64,000 nucleotides of DNA from Roseibacillus sp. (GTDB lineage Bacteria > Verrucomicrobiota > Verrucomicrobiia > Verrucomicrobiales > Akkermansiaceae), in assembly GCA_051251855.1 (NCBI GenBank), contig JBPOGI010000001.1, forward strand, positions 1,664,001 through 1,728,000. The letters are read 5' to 3'. The position numbers were made by a program, and so were the translations under genes. The notes beneath the pieces were generated by a model that did not search any database, was not told where the DNA came from, and was given only the letters and a program-made list of their open reading frames with translations. The stretch's first letter is position 1. The number at the start of each line of letters is the position of its first letter. Positions 19,232 to 27,362 of the stretch are shown here, piece by piece.

Positions 19232-20245
19232 TTAGGAAAAAGCCCCCAACAAACACGTTTCCAGCACCAAAGTCTCTTGCGCATTGGTTTCTAACAAAGA
19301 GACCAATTCCTTCAAAGAATCGGTCCGCCGCAACAATGACTGCAAGTCCTGGCTCTCACCGAATGCTTTCGTATAATCCGTTTGCCTTGGCAAATCAAAA
19401 CGGTCACTCCCAAACTTAGCGCGCACCGCATCGCCCATCCACGCTGCCAACCATTGCACGAGAGCTTGCCGCGCCTCAACCAACTCGCCTGCCAACTCCG
19501 CTTTCATCGCTTCCTCACGCTCTTCTAACCACTTGCCTTCACTCGCATTTTTATAGTGCGCATTCTCCGCCTTCAATTCATCCGCAAATACCTTCTCCCT
19601 TTCCTTTTTCCAATTCGCCAGAATGTCTTCAAAGGAAGCCTTCACCCCCAGTGCAGCCCACACCGAAGGTCCGTTGCGGGAAATATCCGCAAGCGCCCGC
19701 TCCAAATCACGAGTGCGCTCCTCGAGCCGCTCCTCCATCCCTCGTCGATTCGTCAAAGAAATCTCAACACATCGCGAAAGAATTGTGGGTAAAAGTCGCG
19801 CCGGCGAGGTGGTCAAAAGAAGCAGCAGACAGTTATCAGGTGGTTCTTCCAAAGTCTTCAAAAACGCATTCGCCGCTGACTCGCCCATCCGGTCTGCATC
19901 CACAATCACTCCCACCTTCCACGTTCCGTCCGGAGCTGCCAGATGCAGCGGTTTTTCAATTTCCCGCATTTGCTCAACCTTGATCTGACGAGAACGTGAC
20001 TTCGGCCGCACGATGCGAACGAATTCGCCTTCCAACTCGGCCAAAGGCTTGGCAACCACCTCAATCGGCTCCCCCCAGAGATCAGCACCTTCATCCTTGG
20101 GCTGATTGATGTGCTGAATCAGATTCGCCGCCAACTCAGCCTTCCCGCTCCCTGCTGGACCGCTCAAAATCAAGGCATGCGCCAGCCTTCCCCGCTCATG
20201 GGCGGATTCCAGCAATCCCTGCGCATCTTCGACCTTCATTGGCAT
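19232..20245 (-). CDS. holB: DNA polymerase III subunit delta-prime
   Basis: GRLAHALILSGPAGSGK, IKVEQMR, AANAFLKTLEEPP, LLPTILSRC; upstream part of the computed ORF is antisense to fabH. Confidence 0.92.
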   Translation of the reverse strand: MPMKVEDAQGLLESAHERGRLAHALILSGPAGSGKAELAANLIQHINQPKDEGADLWGEPIEVVAKPLAELEGEFVRIVRPKSRSRQIKVEQMREIEKPLHLAAPDGTWKVGVIVDADRMGESAANAFLKTLEEPPDNCLLLLLTTSPARLLPTILSRCVEISLTNRRGMEERLEERTRDLERALADISRNGPSVWAALGVKASFEDILANWKKEREKVFADELKAENAHYKNASEGKWLEEREEAMKAELAGELVEARQALVQWLAAWMGDAVRAKFGSDRFDLPRQTDYTKAFGESQDLQSLLRRTDSLKELVSLLETNAQETLVLETCLLGAFS

Positions 20246-20347
20246 GCCGCTAAGATTGGCCAAATCCCTCCCTGATTCAATCATCCTTTCATTGCTGACT
20301 CCCCCCTTGCCAGATGCTTCCCCACAGCCGAGACTACCCGCACACAC

Positions 20348-21361
20348 ATGAGCGAAACGACAAGCAAACCGGAGTCCCAAGTTCCCGTCATGATTGCTGG
20401 TACAGGGAGTTACCTTCCTGAAAAGATTCTCACCAATGCCGAGCTCGAAGCCCTTGTCGAAACCTCGGACGAATGGATCACCTCTCGGACTGGCATCAAA
20501 GAACGTCGCATCGCTGCCGACGATGAGTTCACCTCCCACATGGCCACCAAGGCCGCCGAGAAGGCACTCGAACAAGCCGATATTGCCGCAGAAGACGTGC
20601 AACTCATCATCGTTGCCACTATCACCCCCGACACCCTCACTCCCGCGACTGCTTGCTACGTGCAGCAGAACCTCGGGAGCCTTCAAGCTGTCGCCTTCGA
20701 TATCTCAGCAGCCTGTTCGGGCTTTATCTATGCTATGAAGATCGCCAAGCGCCTCATCTCTGATGGAGCTTTTGAGAACGCCCTCATTATTGGTGCAGAG
20801 AAACTCTCATCTTTCGTCAATTGGGAGGACAGAAACACTTGTATCCTCTTCGGCGACGGAGCCGGTGCCGCCGTATTGCGGCGCTCCAAAGAAGGAGAAG
20901 GCAACATCATCGCCACCGACATCGGCACCGACGGTCGCCAAACCCATCTTCTCAACATCCCAGGTGGTGGCTCAGCCTGCCCCATCACTATTCAAAACGC
21001 CGACCAGAGACTCGCCTCGCTTGCTATGCTCGGAAAGGAAGTCTTCAAACATGCCGTCACGCGCATGAAGCAGTCAGCCGAAACCGTTCTCGAACGCGCC
21101 GGCATTTCCTCCGAAGAGGTCAAACTCGTCATTCCCCATCAAGCGAATCTCCGCATCATCGATGCCATCGCCGACCGTCTTACCGTGCCCAAGGACCGTG
21201 TTTTCACCAACCTTCAGAAATACGGTAATACCTCCGCCGCTGCCGTCGCCATTGCCTTAGACGAAGCCCATCGTACTGGACGTTTCGAGCGTGGAGACAA
21301 GATCGTCCTCGTCGTCTTCGGTGCTGGCCTCACATGGGCCGCCGCCGCTATCGAATGGTAG
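20348..21361 (+). CDS. fabH: Beta-ketoacyl-ACP synthase III
   Basis: ETSDEWITSRTGIKERR, AACSGF, FGDGAGA, PHQAN, YGNTSAA, FGAGLTW. Confidence 0.97.
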   Translation: MSETTSKPESQVPVMIAGTGSYLPEKILTNAELEALVETSDEWITSRTGIKERRIAADDEFTSHMATKAAEKALEQADIAAEDVQLIIVATITPDTLTPATACYVQQNLGSLQAVAFDISAACSGFIYAMKIAKRLISDGAFENALIIGAEKLSSFVNWEDRNTCILFGDGAGAAVLRRSKEGEGNIIATDIGTDGRQTHLLNIPGGGSACPITIQNADQRLASLAMLGKEVFKHAVTRMKQSAETVLERAGISSEEVKLVIPHQANLRIIDAIADRLTVPKDRVFTNLQKYGNTSAAAVAIALDEAHRTGRFERGDKIVLVVFGAGLTWAAAAIEW

Positions 21362-21396
21362 CGCTGGACCCGGCAACCCGTTCCTGACGGGCACTT

Positions 21397-22329
21397 CTAA
21401 ACTCCCACTTCTTGCTTGGGACCCTCAACCACTGGTGGTGCTGGCGGAGCAGCTGGAACCAGTTCTGGCGTCACAGTCACCTCAGACACCTCCGTCCCAC
21501 GCAAAAATTTAACCACTTCATCTTCTCCCTCTTTTAGATAGAAGAAAGCGTTGAGCGCATCCGAGTAACTTCGAATCGGACGCTCGCCTATCTGCAGAAG
21601 AATATCCCCCTTCACAATGCCAGCCTTTGCTGCCGGAGACGCTTGTCGCACCGCCTGCACTACCGCAAACGGATCACTCGCCAAAAGCTCTACCCCAAAC
21701 CAACTCCGCTGAACTACCCCGTCAATGACCGTCGCTCCTTGAATTCTTTTCACCACCTCCACGGGGTAGGCAAAACTCCCGTTTCCGAATTCCACTACCT
21801 TCCGATAATTAATGGCCACCAGTCGCCCCGCCGAATCAAATAGCGGATGCCCCAAAGCAGGATTCAGATCATCCCTATGATGAGCACGGAACAATTCGAG
21901 AGGGAGAGGCTTCTCATTGTATTCGCTCTCTCGACTCACAAAGCGAGAAAGAGAGGTATCGCCCTCCACGCCGAGGTAAAGAACATCCCCAGGAAGCAAC
22001 GAAAGTGAACTGCCTAGTTCGACAGGCTTCGTTCTCAATCCTTCGGCCATAGGGACACGAACCAAAGTCAGTCGGCTCACCGGATCATGCGCAACCAATT
22101 TCACTGGCTCGGTCTGGTACCTTCCCGAGCGAAAATCAACTGTCGCCTCAGTAACAACGATCCCCAATCCATTCTCATCCAAGAAAATCACCTCGGACTT
22201 CGCCTGTCCGGGCCCCTCCTTTTTATTGAAGAAAACCGAGCTCGAAAACTCCTGTGCCGCCAACGAAAAAACGCTCCCACTCGCAACGAGGAGAACGCTC
22301 ACTATCAGAGTTCCAAAACTAGAACTCAC
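21397..22329 (-). CDS. Exported trypsin-like plus PDZ protein (HtrA-like, apparently inactive)
   Basis: Signal-like LIVSVLLVASGSVFSLAA; degenerate trypsin motifs; PDZ SPAAKAGIVKGDILLQIG; GTG start at 22329 is approximate. Confidence 0.72.
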   Translation of the reverse strand: MSSSFGTLIVSVLLVASGSVFSLAAQEFSSSVFFNKKEGPGQAKSEVIFLDENGLGIVVTEATVDFRSGRYQTEPVKLVAHDPVSRLTLVRVPMAEGLRTKPVELGSSLSLLPGDVLYLGVEGDTSLSRFVSRESEYNEKPLPLELFRAHHRDDLNPALGHPLFDSAGRLVAINYRKVVEFGNGSFAYPVEVVKRIQGATVIDGVVQRSWFGVELLASDPFAVVQAVRQASPAAKAGIVKGDILLQIGERPIRSYSDALNAFFYLKEGEDEVVKFLRGTEVSEVTVTPELVPAAPPAPPVVEGPKQEVGV

Positions 22330-22744
22330 TCGGAAGAATTTCGCGCGATTCGTCGCTGCGGTCCTGGCCCGGAGCATCGGGTGTGGCAGTTTCCAATTCG
22401 ACATGCTGTAACTTACTACCTTCTGGAAGAAAGTCTTCTGTCTCTTTTGCAAAACCCGAGGAATCTTTCGTGCCCAGCGTTCCAAAAAATCCGAGAGCAA
22501 GAACAGCATAGGCCACTCCGGCTCCAATAGCCCACTTAGCAGCCCCTAAGTCCTGAAACCATTCTGTGAAACGGCTCCAAACAGAACTTGTGCTCGAACT
22601 CGCAACAGTCTGACGCTGACGACGGTGAAATTCATCCAAAAAGTCCTCGAAGTAGCCATCAACAGGCTGCTCGTAGTTCTTAAGACGTAAGAGACGTTGG
22701 AGGTCTTCCAACTCGTCAGCTGGGATGTCTTGGGTATCGGTCAT
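22319..22744 (-). CDS. Putative single-TM anti-sigma factor
   Basis: Follows ECF sigma; LLRLKNYEQP..YFEDFLDEFHRRQR then one TM helix. Confidence 0.65.
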   Translation of the reverse strand: MTDTQDIPADELEDLQRLLRLKNYEQPVDGYFEDFLDEFHRRQRQTVASSSTSSVWSRFTEWFQDLGAAKWAIGAGVAYAVLALGFFGTLGTKDSSGFAKETEDFLPEGSKLQHVELETATPDAPGQDRSDESREILPSEF

Positions 22745-22791
22745 GTCAGAAAACTTTCGCAAAATTATCAAAAAAAATTAATTTAGCAATC

Positions 22792-23394
22792 TTAAACTTC
22801 AGCAGGCCTCAGGCGAAACTCTTCCAAGTGTCCCTGAAGCTGCTTATGAGCGTAAAATAGCCTCGAGCGAACGGTCCCCTCCGAGACACCCAGAACCCGG
22901 CTGATTTCAGCATGGGGAATTCCTTGGATATCAAACATTGTCACGACAGCTCTATGGTCCTTCGACAAAGCTTGCAGGGCATCGTTCAATTTTTCTTGTA
23001 AAGAGTGGACATCGCTCTGTTTCCGAGGATTGGCGCGATTAGTATAATCAACGAATGCGGGGTCGTTTTGAATCCCCGAATCAACCTCATCGAGACTGCT
23101 CGCCATTCTCCGCTTTCGCTTTTTGAGAAAGTTCAGCGTCATATTGGTCCCGATCGCGTAAATCCAAGTGTAGAACGTCGATTTCCCCTGAAATCGGCCC
23201 AAGGACCGAAACGCTTTCGCAAAGACATCCTGCAAGAGGTCGTTAGTATCATCCTTGTTCGACGTCATGTTGTAAATCAGCCCGTAAAGCTTGGGACTGT
23301 ATTTTACAATCAACTCATCAAAGGCACGAGTATCCCCGGCTTGGGCTCTCTCGACCAACTCAAGATCGGGATCTATTTTACGAACGATACTCAT
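22792..23394 (-). CDS. ECF sigma factor (RpoE-like)
   Basis: DLELVERAQAGDTRAFDEL, DLLQDVF, STFYTWIY, EISRVLGVSEGTVRSRLFYA. Confidence 0.95.
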   Translation of the reverse strand: MSIVRKIDPDLELVERAQAGDTRAFDELIVKYSPKLYGLIYNMTSNKDDTNDLLQDVFAKAFRSLGRFQGKSTFYTWIYAIGTNMTLNFLKKRKRRMASSLDEVDSGIQNDPAFVDYTNRANPRKQSDVHSLQEKLNDALQALSKDHRAVVTMFDIQGIPHAEISRVLGVSEGTVRSRLFYAHKQLQGHLEEFRLRPAEV

Positions 23395-23418
23395 TCACTA
23401 CTAACAAAGGGTGGCTAT

Positions 23419-23446
23419 AGGGTAGGACTCTCGACGGAACTGTCAA
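23419..23446 (-). promoter_or_regulatory. Candidate sigma70 promoter for the ECF sigma operon
   Basis: Minus strand TTGACA-N16-TACCCT, about 24 nt upstream of the ATG. Confidence 0.45.
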
Positions 23447-23483
23447 AAGCAGAGCGCACGTTCCGTGGCATCAACAGAAACCT

Positions 23484-24464
23484 CTACCCTCGCAAAGTCG
23501 TGGTCACCACGACCCCTTCACAATTGCTCAAAATCGGCTTCTCCACCTCGACCTTCACTGCACGTGCACCAAATTCACCTACCACCAAGACCGCAATCTC
23601 TTCCGCCAAAGTCTCGATGAGCTTGCGAGGTCTTTCCCCCACCAACGCCTTAATGGCTTCGGTCACCTCGTAGTAGTCGATGGTTCCCATAATTTCATCC
23701 CCAAGACCACTGATTCCGTTTCTCGTTTCGATAGTCAAACTCACTTTGATATCTTGCGACTTCTCACGCTCCTCGTCCGGCACTCCGATAAAGACCGGCA
23801 ATCTTAGCTTCCTCACCACAATATCAGCGCGCACCGACTGCAGCACCGGAACACAAAGCGCGGGCAACTCCCCCACATGAGGCAAAAGCACCTGCGGAAA
23901 GGCCTTTGCCAACCTTTCGACAGGGTCATAGCCAGATAGGACTGCCACTGAGACCACCCCCCCAGATTGAGCAGCATGAATATCGTGAACCATGTCACCC
24001 ACATAGGCAGTCTCGGCACTCACAAGCGCATACTTACCCGTCACCTCCGCCATCTTCTCCCGCTTATCCAACACCCCCGCGTAAATCCCCTCAAAATAAT
24101 GGGTGAGACCGAAACTCTCGGCCTGCCTCAGCAAGGCCTCCTCATTCATGCTCGAAAGCACAAAGAGACGCAGTCCCTTTTGCTTAGCATCTTCGAGAAA
24201 CTTCCGCGTATACTCCAAAGGCTGAACGAGATGTTCGGCTTCAAAAAACGCCTCCTTAAACAGAACCTCCAGATCAGCCAAGGACTGCTCTGGCAAGAAT
24301 TCCTCATAAAATTCTGGATAAGGCAACCGGAAGTCACGCCGGAAGTCATCCGCCGAAAAAGCAGACTTTCCGTGCGCTTCAAAGACAACATTGGTCGCGA
24401 CCAATGTTGCGGTGAAGTCGTCCACCAACGTGCCCGACCAGTCCAAAATGAGATTTCGAATCAT
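23484..24464 (-). CDS. folB: Fusion of HAD-family hydrolase and dihydroneopterin aldolase
   Basis: N-terminal DWSGTLVD...LSS...K...GDMVHD; C-terminal IGVPDEER..Q...TIDYY...LIETLAEEIA...VEKP. Confidence 0.85.
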   Translation of the reverse strand: MIRNLILDWSGTLVDDFTATLVATNVVFEAHGKSAFSADDFRRDFRLPYPEFYEEFLPEQSLADLEVLFKEAFFEAEHLVQPLEYTRKFLEDAKQKGLRLFVLSSMNEEALLRQAESFGLTHYFEGIYAGVLDKREKMAEVTGKYALVSAETAYVGDMVHDIHAAQSGGVVSVAVLSGYDPVERLAKAFPQVLLPHVGELPALCVPVLQSVRADIVVRKLRLPVFIGVPDEEREKSQDIKVSLTIETRNGISGLGDEIMGTIDYYEVTEAIKALVGERPRKLIETLAEEIAVLVVGEFGARAVKVEVEKPILSNCEGVVVTTTLRG

Positions 24465-24467
24465 AAA

Positions 24468-24845
24468 TTATCCTGTAATCAACCGTACCTCTCGTACAGC
24501 CTCTTTTCCTAGCTCTTTTTGCACCTTACGCAAAAGTTCGCCACGCGATTGCTCCAGGTGAAAACGCATCGCTGGCTGCAGGACTCGCAGAACGAGAACT
24601 CCGCGCTTGAGCGAAATCACCTCAGTCTGAGCCGCTACGAAATCACCCGCGACGGCTTTCCAACCCTCACGGATTCGGCCTTCCTCAACGCCATCGGCGA
24701 TTTTCAAGCCTCCCAAAATGGCACTGACCCAGTCAGCAGCCTTTGAGCAATTTTTCTCTGTAGGCATGGGAACATCTCCCCCTTGCCAATCACGCACAAC
24801 AGGCCTTGTTGAATAGACCTGACGCTTATCGCGCGACTTCTTCAT
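24468..24845 (-). CDS. DUF721 / DciA-like replicative helicase loader
   Basis: IREGWKAVAGDFVAAQTEV..GVLVLRV...RFHLE...LLRKV; ATGA overlap with ferredoxin. Confidence 0.75.
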   Translation of the reverse strand: MKKSRDKRQVYSTRPVVRDWQGGDVPMPTEKNCSKAADWVSAILGGLKIADGVEEGRIREGWKAVAGDFVAAQTEVISLKRGVLVLRVLQPAMRFHLEQSRGELLRKVQKELGKEAVREVRLITG

Positions 24846-25075
24846 TCCCCATCATCGCCAATGGCCTCGACAGGACAGCCTTCCATCGCTTCCTCGCATT
24901 GCTCTCTTTCCTCGTCAGACTCGGGCTGCTTAAAAACGTAGGAGTAGCCCTCATCTTCCTGACGGGTAAAATTTGCGGGAGCTGTTTCGCGACAGAGGTC
25001 GCAATCAATGCACTGGGTATCTACGTAAAAGATCCCCTTGATGTTCTCCTCATGTTTATCGTCTTTATCAGCCAT
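24842..25075 (-). CDS. Single-cluster ferredoxin
   Basis: FYVDTQCIDCDLCRETAP...GCPVEAIG. Confidence 0.92.
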   Translation of the reverse strand: MADKDDKHEENIKGIFYVDTQCIDCDLCRETAPANFTRQEDEGYSYVFKQPESDEEREQCEEAMEGCPVEAIGDDGE

Positions 25076-25216
25076 TAGTATCGTTAGGTTGCTGCAGAAG
25101 GTGTCCGTCAAGTCCGGTTACGTTGCAACAGTTTTTTTAGTCTTTCCTAAATTGTCTTGATGGGATTTCGGGACTCGCCAAGAGCCGTCACCCTCCATAA
25201 AGTCCCGCCCACCACT

Positions 25217-26428
25217 ATGAGCCGTCGGCGCAAGCGCAAAAAACTGAACTCTTTGGAGACCAAAGGCAGTGATAAACAAGAGGTCGTTTCTTCCCACGAG
25301 AATAAGCCTGAACAGCTTTCACCAACAAAAAAAACGCCTTCAACATCGCCTGAAGTCCAGCCTCTTCCTTCCAAGAGAATCGATAACAAAAGCGATCTCG
25401 GCGAAGAGTTCGATTTGGAACTCGATGATGACTTTACCGAAACCGAGACAAACTCTTCTGAGAATAAAATATCTCTTCCTTCGAGCGAAAATAAGACGGA
25501 AATGCGTAGTCTCCGGAGGCCAAGCGAGCCCTCCAAAAGTGAGAAACCGCTCGCAGACGAAGCCTCTGAATCGACGAAAATGCGGCGGATTGCAAAGTCC
25601 GCTGAAAAACGCAGCCCTCACGAAGTCGACCTTAGCCCCCTTGATGACGAAGTAGACCAAAAGAAAAACTCTAAATCTGAGGTAATCTCCACACCTGAAC
25701 TAAGCTCCAAGCCTCAGGAAGAACCCCAACCTGAGCAACAAAAAGCACCTCAAGTTGAAGAGAGCCATCCTGACACTCCCCCTCTCACCCCTGAGGCGAA
25801 CAAAGCCGACTCAGAGAAATTCTCGTTTCGCACCTTAGTTCAGAACTCGTTGGGCTCTTTGTCCCTCATTGAGCAAGCATCATTAGGAGCTCTGACAGTC
25901 ATCCTCGTCGTTGCCGCCTTTTGGTCCACTTCGGTAGTCTCCGCCCGTATCCCCAATACTATCATAGCTTCGAAGTTGAAATACCCCCTCAAGGGTGAAG
26001 CTGTTGTACTCGCCAGCTACGAAAGCTATTGGCGAAGCCCCATCCGTGAAGGGGAAAATATCGACGAGGGTGTTTCCGAGTCCATTGAGATCATCCCAGA
26101 AGTCAAAGTTTCACTCGACTCCAATTCGAAAGCCAAAGCACTTCGATTTCTGTTTCGCGATGAGGAAGGCCGCTATGTAGGCGACTCCTCAACTGTAAAA
26201 ATATCAGGTTCCACATTCCTCCCCTCCGAAAACGTGACCTCCTCCACGAAGGGAAAAAGCGCCATTATTCGCTCCACGACCGGATTTGAACACGAAGGAG
26301 AGTTGATTTCCTATCTCGCCGACGAAACCTTTCAATGGGAGATCGTAATTCTCGAATCTAAAGACGGTATCGAATACACCGAATTCATGGCCATCCCAAT
26401 TTCAGCAAATCGCAAAGACAACTCATGA
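25217..26428 (+). CDS. Hypothetical bitopic membrane protein (disordered N-terminus, one TM, folded C-terminal domain)
   Basis: Long ORF, S/E/K/P-rich N-half, TM LGALTVILVVAAFW; ATGA overlap with hemQ; start uncertain (25157 or 25217). Confidence 0.7.
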   Translation: MSRRRKRKKLNSLETKGSDKQEVVSSHENKPEQLSPTKKTPSTSPEVQPLPSKRIDNKSDLGEEFDLELDDDFTETETNSSENKISLPSSENKTEMRSLRRPSEPSKSEKPLADEASESTKMRRIAKSAEKRSPHEVDLSPLDDEVDQKKNSKSEVISTPELSSKPQEEPQPEQQKAPQVEESHPDTPPLTPEANKADSEKFSFRTLVQNSLGSLSLIEQASLGALTVILVVAAFWSTSVVSARIPNTIIASKLKYPLKGEAVVLASYESYWRSPIREGENIDEGVSESIEIIPEVKVSLDSNSKAKALRFLFRDEEGRYVGDSSTVKISGSTFLPSENVTSSTKGKSAIIRSTTGFEHEGELISYLADETFQWEIVILESKDGIEYTEFMAIPISANRKDNS

Positions 26429-27261
26429 CCGAAGCATCTCAAGCCCCAAACGTGCGCCCCGAAGAAGGTTGGCACGTCCTCCATCTCTACTATCAAGTCG
26501 ATCACGCTCAATGGGCGACCCTTTCACGTGACGAACAACTCGAGGCAAAAACCAACCTTACCGAGCTCATCCAAGAGATCCGGTCATTTCCTGAGACTCA
26601 ACTGCTCGCCTTTGCGGTCACAACTCCCAAGGCAGATATCGGGTTCATGCTTTTGACCCCCGATTTGGTGGCTGCCACTCATTTCGAAAAGCGCCTCACC
26701 CTCTCCCTCGGGCCCGAGGTCCTTGCCCCAGCTTACTCTTACCTTTCTCAAACCGAACGCTCGGAATACACTACCACCCGCGAGCAATACTCAGCGGAGA
26801 CACTCATCGCCGAACAAGGACTCGCCGAGAAGAGCGAAGAACACCAAACAGCACTCAAGGAGTTCGACGAGCGCATGGAAAAATATTCCCAGCACCGGCT
26901 CTACCCAGTCCTCCCGGATTGGCCAGTCGTTTGCTTCTACCCCATGTCTAAGCGACGCGGCAGTCACCCCGACTACAACTGGTATGGCACCGAATACGAC
27001 GAACGCCGTCAACTGATGAAGGGACACGCCACCACTGGCAGAAAATACTCCGGCAAGATTCTTCAACTCATCTCTGGTTCTACCGGCCTCGACGAGCATG
27101 AGTGGGGAGTCACTCTTCTTGCGCACGACACCTACCAAATCAAAGCGATTGTCTACGAAATGCGCTTCGACGACGTTTCAGCTCGCTATGGCGAATTTGG
27201 GGACTTCTACATCGGCCTGCAACTCCCCCTCGACGAGCTTTTCCGCCGAATTTGCCTATAA
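26425..27261 (+). CDS. hemQ: Coproheme decarboxylase (ChdC/HemQ, chlorite dismutase superfamily)
   Basis: EGWHVLH, KAD, YSYLS.TE.SEY, FYPMSKRR..NWY..ER..LM..H..GR.Y, GSTGLDEHEWGVTL, EMRFD..SARYGEFG.FYIG. Confidence 0.88.
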   Translation: MTEASQAPNVRPEEGWHVLHLYYQVDHAQWATLSRDEQLEAKTNLTELIQEIRSFPETQLLAFAVTTPKADIGFMLLTPDLVAATHFEKRLTLSLGPEVLAPAYSYLSQTERSEYTTTREQYSAETLIAEQGLAEKSEEHQTALKEFDERMEKYSQHRLYPVLPDWPVVCFYPMSKRRGSHPDYNWYGTEYDERRQLMKGHATTGRKYSGKILQLISGSTGLDEHEWGVTLLAHDTYQIKAIVYEMRFDDVSARYGEFGDFYIGLQLPLDELFRRICL

Positions 27262-27362
27262 AGGCGAAACACCACTAGATTCCATGGAAACTTCCAGCCT
27301 CAAAATTTGACCCCAAATTTCGGGCTTTTCGTTCCCTCACAACCTCCTACACTTTCCTCCTC

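Noticed and set aside
20246..20686. N-terminal extension of the computed holB ORF
   Set aside because: Overlaps fabH on the opposite strand; HolB similarity begins near 20245
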